From NCBI RefSeq assembly GCF_040379285.1, contig NZ_JBEILJ010000007.1:1134-65133 (forward strand): a stretch of 64,000 nucleotides of DNA, read 5' to 3'. Below the pieces are notes generated by a model. That model worked only from the letters and a program-made list of their open reading frames with translations. It ran no database searches and was not told where the DNA came from. Both the position numbers and the translations under genes were made by a program. The stretch comes from Flavobacterium sp. Lineage in GTDB: Bacteria; Bacteroidota; Bacteroidia; Flavobacteriales; Flavobacteriaceae. This document shows positions 50,519-59,852 of the stretch, in pieces. The first letter of the stretch is position 1, and every line of letters begins with the position of its first letter.

Positions 50519-50598
50519 ATTGCAATTTAATTGTTGTTAAATTGCATGCAAATGTAGGGCTTTTAATTGAGGAAAAAATTGATTTTGTGAAATAGTTT

Positions 50599-50622
50599 GC
50601 AGTCGCAGTCACAGTCGCAGTT
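50599..50622 (+). repeat. Tandem array of 4 x 6-mer (G/A)CAGT(C/T) (left arm of four-helix module 2)
   Basis: GCAGTC GCAGTC ACAGTC GCAGTT. Confidence 0.85.
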
Positions 50623-50720
50623 AGCTTGAATTGAATTCATTTTAGCTAATCAAGAAAATGCAATCAATTAATTCATAAAAATTAATACTTTTTTTTTCAT
50701 TAACGCCAAATAGAATTAAA

Positions 50721-51092
50721 ATGGATTTTACAGAATTATTTGCTTACAAAAAAGCATACCAACTTGCCATGAAACTGTTTTTAGTTTCAAAAAAATTCCC
50801 CAAAGAAGAATCCTATGCACTTACCGATCAAATACGAAGATCTTCAAGAAGTGTGTGCGCTAATCTTGCAGAAGCATATCGAAAACGAAAGTATCCGCTT
50901 CATTTTATCAGTAAATTGACAGATTGTGACGCCGAAAATTCTGAGACATTTGTATGGATCACTTTTGCTTTTGAATGCGAATACATTTCTGAAAACCAAT
51001 ATGTAAGTTATAAAAATGAAACTCTTGAAATTGGTAAATTAATTCAGTACATGATGCAGCATCCAGAAAAATTTGGAAGTAAATTAAATTGA
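50721..51092 (+). CDS. Four helix bundle protein (23S rRNA IVP / Avd-like family)
   Basis: FTELFAYKKAY, FPKEESYALTDQIRRSSRSVCANLAEAYRKR and DAENSET. Confidence 0.93.
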   Translation: MDFTELFAYKKAYQLAMKLFLVSKKFPKEESYALTDQIRRSSRSVCANLAEAYRKRKYPLHFISKLTDCDAENSETFVWITFAFECEYISENQYVSYKNETLEIGKLIQYMMQHPEKFGSKLN

Positions 51093-51119
51093 TAAAATAA
51101 ATACGTGTTTCTATACTGC

Positions 51120-51269
51120 GACAGAGACTGCGACTGCGACTGAGACTGCGACTGAGACTGCGACTGAGACTGCGACTGTGACTGCGACTGTGACTGCGAC
51201 TGTGACTGAGACTGTGACTGAGACTGCGACTGTGACTGAGACTGAGACTGTGACTGCGACTGTGACTGT
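51120..51269 (-). repeat. Tandem array of 25 x 6-mer GACTG(C/A/T) (right arm, inverted relative to 50599-50622)
   Basis: 150-bp perfectly phased hexamer run; only the sixth base varies, apart from the first unit GACAGA. Confidence 0.97.
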
Positions 51270-51278
51270 AAACTAATC

Positions 51279-52142
51279 CTAATGAAACTCCCCAAACACG
51301 CGTGATGCGACATTATAGGCGCTTTCAAAACTCATCGGACGCAATCCGGTGTGGGCTTTGACAGCAGTGAAATAGGAAAGCATTTTCTCCGTAGGCATAT
51401 TACCTGTAAGGTCGTCTTTGGCCATGGGGCATCCGCCAAAACCTTGAATGGCGCCATCAAAACGACGGCAACCTGCTTTGTAAGCCGCATCTACTTTTTC
51501 ATACCACTTGTCGGGTGTAGTATGCAAATGCGCTCCAAACTCGACATTGGGATATTTTGGAATGAGATTACTGAACAAATACGCAATTACTTCGGGGGTC
51601 GAACTCCCAATGGTATCCGACAAAGACAAAATTGTGACGCCCATTTGCGCCAAGCGCTCCGTCCACTCCCCTACAATCTCTACATTCCAGGGGTCGCCAT
51701 ACGGATTGCCGAAGCCCATCGATAAATAAGCTACTACTTCTTTTTGGGAAGCCTGCGCAATTTCCAGGATTTCTTGCAACGTGACTAAACTTTCTGCAAT
51801 CGTTTTGTGGGTATTGCGCATTTGAAAATTTTCTGAAATCGAAAAAGGAAATCCGAGGTACTGAATTTCTTGATGCTCCGCTGCATTCAGTGCGCCTTGT
51901 GTATTGGCGATTATGGCGAGGAGTTTACTGCGTGTCTGACTTAAATCCAATCGGGCCAAAACCTCAGCCGTATCTTGCATTTGCGGAATGGCTTTAGGAG
52001 AGACAAAACTTCCGAAGTCTAGGGTATCAAAGCCTACACGAAGTAGCGCTTGAAGGTAATTGACTTTGACCTCTGTGGGAATAAACGTTTTGATGCCTTG
52101 CATCGCGTCTCGTGGACATTCGATAAGTTTTACTGTTTCCAT
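51279..52142 (-). CDS. Hydroxymethylglutaryl-CoA lyase family protein
   Basis: ECPRDAMQG, FGSFVSPKAIPQM, GAHLH and GGCPMA. Confidence 0.93.
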   Translation of the reverse strand: METVKLIECPRDAMQGIKTFIPTEVKVNYLQALLRVGFDTLDFGSFVSPKAIPQMQDTAEVLARLDLSQTRSKLLAIIANTQGALNAAEHQEIQYLGFPFSISENFQMRNTHKTIAESLVTLQEILEIAQASQKEVVAYLSMGFGNPYGDPWNVEIVGEWTERLAQMGVTILSLSDTIGSSTPEVIAYLFSNLIPKYPNVEFGAHLHTTPDKWYEKVDAAYKAGCRRFDGAIQGFGGCPMAKDDLTGNMPTEKMLSYFTAVKAHTGLRPMSFESAYNVASRVFGEFH

Positions 52143-52184
52143 CCGAGGCCAAATATAGTAAAGAAAACGTTTTCGTAAAGGAAA

Positions 52185-53207
52185 TTAACGCATCCGTGCT
52201 AACAAGGCTTGATTGATCGCCTTCACCAGAGCTGGTCCTTCGTAAATAAAACCCGTATACAATTGTACCAAACTCGCTCCCGCATCCAATTTATCCAATG
52301 CATCTTGTGCCGAATGAATTCCTCCTACCCCAATAATTGGGAAAGTACCGTTGCTTTTTTGATGTAAAAAACGAATAACTTCAGTTGAGCGATGGGTCAA
52401 GGGTTTGCCAGAAAGTCCACCCATTTCTGACTTATTGGTCGAATACAAGCCCTCACGAGACAAAGTCGTATTGGTAGCAATCACCCCAGCAATATGTGTA
52501 TCTTGAACAATTTCGATAATATCCAACAATTGCTCATTGGTCAAATCGGGTGCAATTTTTAATAGAATAGGCTTGGGTAACGGACGCTTTTGATTTTCCG
52601 CTTGCAAGGTCGCCAAGAGTTCGGTCAACGGTTTTTTATCTTGAAGTTCCCGTAAATTGGGTGTATTGGGCGAACTCACATTAACCACAAAATAATCCAC
52701 ATAGGGAAATAAGGCCTCGAAACAGATTGTATAATCGGAAACAGCATCTTCATTGGGGGTCACTTTATTTTTGCCAATATTACCCCCGATGAGTACACCT
52801 TTATTTTTCTTCAATCGTTCAACGGCTTCTTGCACACCTCCGTTGTTAAACCCCATTCGGTTGATGATGGCTTCGTCATCCCGCAATCGAAACAGTCGTT
52901 TTTTGGGATTTCCTTCTTGTCCCACAGGCGTCAATGTTCCAATTTCGATAAAACCAAACCCAAAGTCGGACAACTCATTAAACAGCTTCGCATCTTTATC
53001 AAAACCAGCGGCTAACCCAACTGGATTCTTGAATTTTAGTCCAAAGACTTCCCGTTCGAGACGTGGATCATTGACGTCATAAAGCGCTCGGCAAAGTTGG
53101 GAAAATCCGGGGAGCGTCGCGAGTATTTTTATCCATCTAAAGGTGAAATGGTGAACGTTTTCAGGATCGAAACGGAAGAGTATCGGACGAATAAGATTGC
53201 GGTACAT
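52185..53207 (-). CDS. pyrD: Quinone-dependent dihydroorotate dehydrogenase
   Basis: [27 protein letters not shown] and GGLSG. Confidence 0.97.
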   Translation of the reverse strand: MYRNLIRPILFRFDPENVHHFTFRWIKILATLPGFSQLCRALYDVNDPRLEREVFGLKFKNPVGLAAGFDKDAKLFNELSDFGFGFIEIGTLTPVGQEGNPKKRLFRLRDDEAIINRMGFNNGGVQEAVERLKKNKGVLIGGNIGKNKVTPNEDAVSDYTICFEALFPYVDYFVVNVSSPNTPNLRELQDKKPLTELLATLQAENQKRPLPKPILLKIAPDLTNEQLLDIIEIVQDTHIAGVIATNTTLSREGLYSTNKSEMGGLSGKPLTHRSTEVIRFLHQKSNGTFPIIGVGGIHSAQDALDKLDAGASLVQLYTGFIYEGPALVKAINQALLARMR

Positions 53208-53302
53208 GGTTGTGTTGTTGTGAGGCACAAAGATACAATTCGAATTGAACTTTTCAGGCACCCTTGGAATTTTCCCTATTTTTGTGTTGAAAAATAAATG
53301 GG

Positions 53303-53776
53303 ATGAACATCAAACTTTTGGCCGTTGGAAAAACCGACAACAAGCAATTGCAACAATTGATGGAGGACTATCAAAAGCGGTTGTCGTTTTATATCAAATT
53401 TGAATTGGAAATATTACCCGATATCAAAAATGCCAAAAACTTATCGGAAGCCCAACAAAAAGAGAAGGAAGGCGAACTGATTTTGTCGAAAATCGGTGCC
53501 GGCGAAGAATTAATCCTTCTGGATGAAAACGGAAAATCCCATACGAGTGTGGGATTTTCTGAATTTTTACAAAAAAAGATGAATGCCGGACTCAAAACGC
53601 TCGTCTTTGTGATTGGTGGGCCGTATGGTTTTAGTGATACCGTGTACCAAAAAGCCCAAGGTAAAGTTGCCTTATCAGCTATGACGTTTTCCCATCAAAT
53701 GGTGCGTTTATTTTTTATTGAGCAATTGTACCGCGGCTTTACGATTTTAAAAGGTGAGCCGTATCATCATCAGTAA
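53303..53776 (+). CDS. rlmH: 23S rRNA (pseudouridine1915-N3)-methyltransferase
   Basis: [22 protein letters not shown] and GEPYHH. Confidence 0.96.
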   Translation: MNIKLLAVGKTDNKQLQQLMEDYQKRLSFYIKFELEILPDIKNAKNLSEAQQKEKEGELILSKIGAGEELILLDENGKSHTSVGFSEFLQKKMNAGLKTLVFVIGGPYGFSDTVYQKAQGKVALSAMTFSHQMVRLFFIEQLYRGFTILKGEPYHHQ

Positions 53777-53798
53777 ATCAAAATGAAGGACTTTTGAA

Positions 53799-56177
53799 TT
53801 AAAATTGAAAGCGGTACCCAAAATCGGGGAATCGTCCAATTTGATCCACACGATTGACTTGGTTTGTCACCCGATTATAGCGACTGATAAAAATATTGTT
53901 GTTATCCGTTACATTTTGCACCTCGAGATAAATCAAATGTGACTGCTTCTTTTTGGTACTGTTAAATTTATATCCAACGCGAAGGTCAAGTCGAAAATAA
54001 GCTTCATATTGTAAACTATAGGCTTTATCATCTTGCGTTATTTCATACCCTGCTTGTTGTGAGGCTACCAAATCAACGGGAGTGTAAAATCGCCCTCCCG
54101 AAGTGGTCACCTTTCCATCAAATGAAAGTGTATTTTTTTGGTTGGCACCAACTTTAAATTCTTTACCTCCTAACACATTGACTACATAGCGGTTATTAAA
54201 TGGCGAATTATACCAAAGACCATCACTTCCGCGGTATTTACTCTCAAATAATGAAGTGGTAATTAAAGCATGATACCCTTTACTAAAAAACTTTTCTAAG
54301 GTAAATTCAACCCCTGCATTGTAGCCGCGACCTTGACTTACTAAATTGATTTTATCCGTTGAATAACCAAAATCAGCGCCTTCCGTAAGTGAGGAATAAC
54401 TTGAAGGGGAGCGCTCAACAGCGGCACGATCAATAGCTTGGTAATACAACTCTATTTTTCCTCTCCATTGGGGAGCAAGCTTAACATCGTACCCTAGAAC
54501 CCAATGTTGACTGCGAACTAAATCCAAATGCCGATTGGGTTGTTGGGGTTGTCCGGGAACTTGTGAATTTTGAAATAAAATAGGAGCCGGTACATTTTGA
54601 TGATGCATACCATAGCCAAAATTGAGACTATGTCGCGAATTCATAGCAAATGTTAGCGCCGCTCGAGGTTCAACTACGCTTTGTTCATTGATGGAAAAAT
54701 ACTGTCCGTGTATCCCAGCATTAAGGGTGAGCCTATTGGTAAAGCGATATTGGAGTTGCGCGTAGGGTTGTATCACTTGATAATTTCCTTTGGATAAGTA
54801 AATACGATTAAAATCGGGATAGCCATCCAAATTGGTATCGGGCTGTCGGTTACGATCATCAAGGCTGTAATCGAGTGAAAAATACTCCCCTAAAATCCCC
54901 GCTTTTAATGTTGTCTTTTTATTCACTTTTGAATTGATAAACGTACTTACAGTATACCGTTGGTCTTGGTTATCGTTTAGGGTAAAAGGCAAGTTTAGCG
55001 CATTGGGCGTATTGAAATTGTAAATGCGTTCCTCCTCATATCGATTACCACTCGTTGCCCAAGCCAATGTCGTCTTCCAAAAAGTTTGTGGGCCTACATA
55101 AATTTTATGCGATACGCCAAGTACTGAAAATTGTGAATCTACATATTGATTAGAATCTTTGGCTGAGAATAGGTCATCATCGGTGGCGTCTTTACCCAAA
55201 AAATTTATGTTGGATAGACCTCCTATACCAAATAGAGACCACGAACCTGAAGCGAGCTTGCCAAAGTCCAAATGAAAAGATACATCATTGTAATTGGGAA
55301 TCGCAGCGCCTGTTCCTGCCCCGCCCAAATAACCCGCAATGCCATAACGTGCCGCGACCAAAAATGAACCGCCTTTTTTTCCCAACGGACCTTCAGCGAC
55401 AAATTCGGCTCCTGGATAAGCTCCAACTCCTGCCATGAATTCATAACGATCGGCATTTCCTTTGCGAAAATTTAAATCAAAAACACCACTGATCGCATTG
55501 CCATATTCGGCTGGAAAAGCAGAGGTAAGGAAATCAGAATTGGCCAGCATATTAGGATTCAATGCCGAAACTGGACTTCCCGTGGTTCCCAAGGTCGCAA
55601 AGTGATTGGGACTAGGAACAGGTACCCCTTCAATACGCCATAACATCCCCGCTGGAGAGTTTCCCCTAACGACGATATCGTTTCGACTGTCATTGGCCGC
55701 TGAAACGCCTGCAAAATTGGCAACCAATCGGGCTACATCGCTTCTTCCTCCCGCATAACGATTCACTTCTTCAACCGTAAATTGTCGTGCAGAAACAGTT
55801 GCCATTTTATTCAATGCCCGCCCTTTGGAAGTTTCATTTTTTACCACAACTTCATTGAGTGTTGTCAACTGTTCGGTTAATGGAATCGTGAGTATTAACT
55901 CTTTTCCCGCCGTAATTTCAAGATTGGGTAAAGTTACCGAGGCATACCCTAAAGCCTGAACGCTAAGCATTTGACGACCCAAAGGAACTCCCGTGAGCAT
56001 AAAACTTCCATTGGCATCGGTCGTTGTTTCAAAACCTTGTACATTTAAAAGTGCGATTTGAGCGGATTCAAGGGGCTTTTCAGATTGCTTGTCAATGACT
56101 TTTCCCTTGAGGGTTCCCGTTTGACTCCAACTCCATCCAACACCTAAACAAAAAAGTGTAATTAGAATTTTTTTCAT
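53799..56177 (-). CDS. TonB-dependent receptor
   Basis: Signal peptide; carboxypeptidase-regulatory-like domain; NDSRNDIVVRGNSP plug; C-terminal YRFQF. Confidence 0.92.
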   Translation of the reverse strand: MKKILITLFCLGVGWSWSQTGTLKGKVIDKQSEKPLESAQIALLNVQGFETTTDANGSFMLTGVPLGRQMLSVQALGYASVTLPNLEITAGKELILTIPLTEQLTTLNEVVVKNETSKGRALNKMATVSARQFTVEEVNRYAGGRSDVARLVANFAGVSAANDSRNDIVVRGNSPAGMLWRIEGVPVPSPNHFATLGTTGSPVSALNPNMLANSDFLTSAFPAEYGNAISGVFDLNFRKGNADRYEFMAGVGAYPGAEFVAEGPLGKKGGSFLVAARYGIAGYLGGAGTGAAIPNYNDVSFHLDFGKLASGSWSLFGIGGLSNINFLGKDATDDDLFSAKDSNQYVDSQFSVLGVSHKIYVGPQTFWKTTLAWATSGNRYEEERIYNFNTPNALNLPFTLNDNQDQRYTVSTFINSKVNKKTTLKAGILGEYFSLDYSLDDRNRQPDTNLDGYPDFNRIYLSKGNYQVIQPYAQLQYRFTNRLTLNAGIHGQYFSINEQSVVEPRAALTFAMNSRHSLNFGYGMHHQNVPAPILFQNSQVPGQPQQPNRHLDLVRSQHWVLGYDVKLAPQWRGKIELYYQAIDRAAVERSPSSYSSLTEGADFGYSTDKINLVSQGRGYNAGVEFTLEKFFSKGYHALITTSLFESKYRGSDGLWYNSPFNNRYVVNVLGGKEFKVGANQKNTLSFDGKVTTSGGRFYTPVDLVASQQAGYEITQDDKAYSLQYEAYFRLDLRVGYKFNSTKKKQSHLIYLEVQNVTDNNNIFISRYNRVTNQVNRVDQIGRFPDFGYRFQF

Positions 56178-56188
56178 GATTATTTAAA

Positions 56189-56950
56189 TTAAAGAGAGAT
56201 AAAAGGTTTGGCGCGAAGCGCTTGAATGAATGTAAAAGTGACTCCAATTCCATAGAGAAGCGCGATGATAAGAACATCCCTTTTGGTTTGGACCAAGTAA
56301 AAACTCAACAACGGCAGTAGTTGTAAGGCATGGATTCCAAAAAAATGAGCCACCCGTAAATCACCCGCACGGTTGCTCCAATTAAGCACTGGAAGACCGG
56401 ATTGTCCATCTGATCCTCCCATAGTATGTTGCAACATAGCGACCATAAAGAATCCTTCGAGAGCAAAAATGACGGTTATCGAAATTGCCACAGCGATTGA
56501 AAAAGGGAGTATAGAAGCCGAACACTGCGATTGTTGGTAAAATAAAAATGCTACGTACACCGTATGTAACATTAAAACGGTAATTGCCAATGCCATCAAG
56601 TTGAATAGAAATTGATCGAGCGGTGAAGCGGTATTAAAATGTGATAACTTCCCTTCTACCGCTTGGTAAACTATGATGGCCAATTCAAGAGAAAAGAATA
56701 CAACTGCTGAAATACTGTATATCAACCCTTGTGTAGGATGTTCCAAATAGTTTAAAAAGAAGGCCATTGTCCATACAAATAACATAACGGATAGAAAAAA
56801 TTTAAAAGGTTTTAACCACGCACTTACTCCTAGAATTTGTTCGGGTTGTGTGCGCATCAAATAACCACACACCAAGGTTCCAAGTAAACACACAAAGCCA
56901 AAGCAAGCCAGAATCTCTTGCCGATGAATCATTTCAAATATTTCTTTCAT
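56189..56950 (-). CDS. Multi-pass membrane protein
   Basis: WLKPFKF, GKLSHFN and GDLRVAHFFGIHALQ; several TM helices. Confidence 0.8.
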   Translation of the reverse strand: MKEIFEMIHRQEILACFGFVCLLGTLVCGYLMRTQPEQILGVSAWLKPFKFFLSVMLFVWTMAFFLNYLEHPTQGLIYSISAVVFFSLELAIIVYQAVEGKLSHFNTASPLDQFLFNLMALAITVLMLHTVYVAFLFYQQSQCSASILPFSIAVAISITVIFALEGFFMVAMLQHTMGGSDGQSGLPVLNWSNRAGDLRVAHFFGIHALQLLPLLSFYLVQTKRDVLIIALLYGIGVTFTFIQALRAKPFISL

Positions 56951-56951
56951 T

Positions 56952-56982
56952 TTAACAATGTTTATTTAATGAACAATGTTCA
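56952..56982. promoter_or_regulatory. Tandem candidate TetR operators (TTAAC-AAT-GTTTA, TGAAC-AAT-GTTCA)
   Basis: Same palindrome as the site upstream of tetR (57640-57652). Confidence 0.7.
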
Positions 56983-56998
56983 AATTACAGTAAAAAAA

Positions 56999-57616
56999 TT
57001 AGAGTTTATTTAAAAGCAAAACAAACTGCTGGTAGCCTTGCCAAACAATAGTGTCAGCATATTCAAATTTTACTCCTTTTGTCCGTTGACGTATTTCCAA
57101 ACTACACATCCCATGCACAAGGCTCCAAATCATAAACGACAAAGGTTCCAAATCATGACCTGAAAAATGACCTTTATCTATACACTCTTTGACGGTTTGA
57201 CGTAAAGCATCAAAGGTGCCTTCCCCTTCCTCCCATTGCTCATCTTCGCAATCATCTAAGTATTCAATTGGAGCTTTTACCGTAAACATCAAATCGTACA
57301 TTTCAGGATTTTCTAACGCAAATTTCATATACAGTACACCCATTTTTTGTAAACGTTCCATCGGATCTGGCAAAGTACTAAGGGTCCCAAAATATCCGCC
57401 CAATTGTTGAAAACCCGAGGAATGAATAGCATGCAAAATAGCCTTTTTGTCTTTAAAATAAACATAAACGGTTCCAACGCTGTAATCTATTGAATCAGCT
57501 ATGTTACGGATAGTAGTATGTTCTATACCTTTTTCCAAAAACAAACGCTTGGCCCCTTGAAGAATAAGATTCCTGAGGTTTTCTTTCTCGCGTGCTTTAC
57601 GTTCTGAAATAGTCAT
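56999..57616 (-). CDS. TetR/AcrR family transcriptional regulator
   Basis: ILQGAKRLFLEKGIEHTTIRNIADSIDYSVGTVYVYFKDK HTH. Confidence 0.95.
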   Translation of the reverse strand: MTISERKAREKENLRNLILQGAKRLFLEKGIEHTTIRNIADSIDYSVGTVYVYFKDKKAILHAIHSSGFQQLGGYFGTLSTLPDPMERLQKMGVLYMKFALENPEMYDLMFTVKAPIEYLDDCEDEQWEEGEGTFDALRQTVKECIDKGHFSGHDLEPLSFMIWSLVHGMCSLEIRQRTKGVKFEYADTIVWQGYQQFVLLLNKL

Positions 57617-57620
57617 AACA

Positions 57621-57652
57621 CAAAGATATATTTATTTTTTGAACAGCGTTCA
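57621..57652 (-). promoter_or_regulatory. tetR promoter (-7 TATCTTTG at 57621-57628) with operator TGAAC-AGC-GTTCA (57640-57652)
   Basis: Exact TAnnTTTG on the minus strand, 4 nt before the ATG; palindrome in the upstream promoter region. Confidence 0.7.
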
Positions 57653-57675
57653 TTTTTTGAAAAAAAAGTTTAACC

Positions 57676-58326
57676 TCAAATTTTAGGTCCTAATCTTTGA
57701 AAATAATCCTCTGAAAACCAATGTACTGCCAAGGCAGGGATTTTCCACTGCTCTACGGCAATGCGAAACTTCAAATAAGCGCCATAGGTCATATCCCCAT
57801 CAAATTGAAACTGCGCTTTAATTGGCTTATCCGAAGGAAGCTGCGCTATGAAAGTTGGAACATCTTCCACTGCTACCGATTGCTCAAGGATGCGAACTTT
57901 GCCCGCTTTAGAGACATTTACTACTAGACCATCTGGACATTTCCCCGTTGTAAATTTTATCCGTTGTACATTTAAAAAAGCCAACCGACGTGCTTTGATA
58001 TCTGAATAGGAAAAGTAATTTTGGGCCACTTCACTCTTGTGCGGACTCGCCTCTTTCTTTTGTAAAACCAAATTAACTTCGGGAATCACCAAGCGCATGG
58101 GCAACCGCTTATCGATGTTGAAAATGTAATTCGTGGAGGTAATCGTATTCTTTCGGTTTAAATCGGCCACCGTATCCTTGCCTTTTTGAGCAAAAAAAAG
58201 ATACACCGGCGACCAATTATCGACTTTTTCAACCACCATAACATCCGCTTCAGGCAAAAGAACTTCCTTATTGGCGCAAGCGGTTAAAAGGACTAAAAGT
58301 CCCAATAGGAGAAAACTTTTTTTCAT
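57676..58326 (-). CDS. Hypothetical lipoprotein, C-terminus loosely ExbD/TolR-like
   Basis: Lipobox LTAC; ATGA overlap with the folP stop. Confidence 0.7.
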   Translation of the reverse strand: MKKSFLLLGLLVLLTACANKEVLLPEADVMVVEKVDNWSPVYLFFAQKGKDTVADLNRKNTITSTNYIFNIDKRLPMRLVIPEVNLVLQKKEASPHKSEVAQNYFSYSDIKARRLAFLNVQRIKFTTGKCPDGLVVNVSKAGKVRILEQSVAVEDVPTFIAQLPSDKPIKAQFQFDGDMTYGAYLKFRIAVEQWKIPALAVHWFSEDYFQRLGPKI

Positions 58327-59144
58327 TGAAATTGTTGTAAAAGTTGAATGCATTCCACCGCCTCCTTTACATCATGAACCCGAAGTATGTGCGCTCCTTT
58401 TTGCAAGGCAACGGTATGCAACACGGTGGTGCCGTTGAGTGCTTCTTGCGGGGTGGATTGTAGGATTTTATAAATCATAGATTTTCGGGAAACGCCTACG
58501 AGTAAAGGAACTTTATGAAAATGAAACAATTCCAACCGTTGCAATACCTCATAATTCTGTTCCAATGTTTTGGCAAAACCAAATCCGGGATCGATGAGCA
58601 CATCATTTATCTGTAACACCCTTGCGGCAGCGATGCGCTCCGAAAAATAGTATTGCATATCCGTAACGATATTCTCGTAATCGGTTAGTGTGGTCATGGT
58701 TTGCGGCGTACCACGCATGTGCATCATAATGTAAGGCACTTGCAATCGCGCTACGGTGGGGAGCATTTGAGCATCCAACAGTCCGGCGGAAATATCGTTG
58801 ATCATACACGCACCCGCATGAACAGCAGCTTCGGCCACACGGCTGCGAAAGGTATCGATAGAAATGAGAATCTCGGGAAAATGGTGTACCAAACTTTCAA
58901 TAATGGGAACCACCCGTTGGCGTTCCTCTTCCTCAGCAACAGGCGAAGCATTGGGGCGACTCGAATAGCCGCCAATATCGATTAACGTAGCGCCATCTTC
59001 GAGCATTTGTTGCACTTGTGCGATCACTTGTTCCCGATGTTGCCACTTTCCTCCATCGTAAAACGAATCGGGGGTAAGATTGAGAATTCCCATTACTTTG
59101 GGCGTTGATAAATCCAGTAATTGGCCTCGGCATTGTAGCATCAT
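58323..59144 (-). CDS. folP: Dihydropteroate synthase
   Basis: MGILNLTPDSFYDGG, DIGGYSSRP, DPGFGFAKT, GVSRKS and RVHDV. Confidence 0.97.
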   Translation of the reverse strand: MMLQCRGQLLDLSTPKVMGILNLTPDSFYDGGKWQHREQVIAQVQQMLEDGATLIDIGGYSSRPNASPVAEEEERQRVVPIIESLVHHFPEILISIDTFRSRVAEAAVHAGACMINDISAGLLDAQMLPTVARLQVPYIMMHMRGTPQTMTTLTDYENIVTDMQYYFSERIAAARVLQINDVLIDPGFGFAKTLEQNYEVLQRLELFHFHKVPLLVGVSRKSMIYKILQSTPQEALNGTTVLHTVALQKGAHILRVHDVKEAVECIQLLQQFQ

Positions 59145-59250
59145 AGGGTGTAAAATAGGAAAACGATTTCGGTGAAAAACAATGGCTAACTTGGGTTGTT
59201 TTGGTCGAATTCGTTACATTTGAAAAAATTTCAAACAAAGATACGAGTTA

Positions 59251-59793
59251 ATGCGAAATACAGCTCAAGAATACGATAAGGTCATCGGCATCTGCCGTGA
59301 TTTGTTTGTCAAAAAAATGACCGATTACGGCAGTGCCTGGCGTATTTTACGGTTGCCTTCCCTCACCGATCAAATCTTTATCAAAGCGCAACGCATTCGA
59401 AGTTTACAAGAAAATGAAGTGCGTAAAGTCGATGAAGATGAAACAGGAGAATTTATTGGTATCATCAACTACTGTTTGATGGCTTTGATTCAGTTGGAAC
59501 TTGGTGTCGTGGATCAACCCGACATGGATACGGCCACCGCGGCGCGTTATTACGACGAAAAAGTGGCCCTCACCAAAGCCTTGATGGAAGCCAAAAACCA
59601 TGACTATGGGGAAGCGTGGCGGGACATGCGCGTGAGCAGTTTAACGGATTTAATTTTACAAAAGTTATTGCGCGTCAAGCAAATCGAAGACAATCAAGGG
59701 AAAACATTGGTTTCGGAGGGCATTGATGCCAACTACCAAGACATGATTAATTATTCGGTTTTTGCCTTGATATTAATGGGCTTTGGGCAATAA
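59251..59793 (+). CDS. DUF1599 domain protein (two tandem copies)
   Basis: KMTDYGSAW...DQIFIKAQRI and KNHDYGEAW...DLILQKLLRV...DMINYSVF. Confidence 0.85.
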   Translation: MRNTAQEYDKVIGICRDLFVKKMTDYGSAWRILRLPSLTDQIFIKAQRIRSLQENEVRKVDEDETGEFIGIINYCLMALIQLELGVVDQPDMDTATAARYYDEKVALTKALMEAKNHDYGEAWRDMRVSSLTDLILQKLLRVKQIEDNQGKTLVSEGIDANYQDMINYSVFALILMGFGQ

Positions 59794-59852
59794 CAAATCG
59801 TTAACATCCCCTATACGTTTGGGGTATTACCTTTGTCAAAAAAGTAATTTGT

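Noticed and set aside
51120-51269. CRISPR array
   Set aside because: 6-bp period with no unique spacers and no cas genes; the 8-mer and 11-mer arrays fail for the same reason.
51044-51328. Ser-Gln repeat protein (SQSQSQ...)
   Set aside because: It is a by-product of the hexamer array and overlaps both neighbouring genes. The variable base does fall on the Ser wobble position, so proteomics would be the only way to revive it.
53303-53800. rlmH 3' end as an SCC-type attachment site
   Set aside because: No recombinase or direct repeat seen; the adjacent TetR module has ordinary composition.
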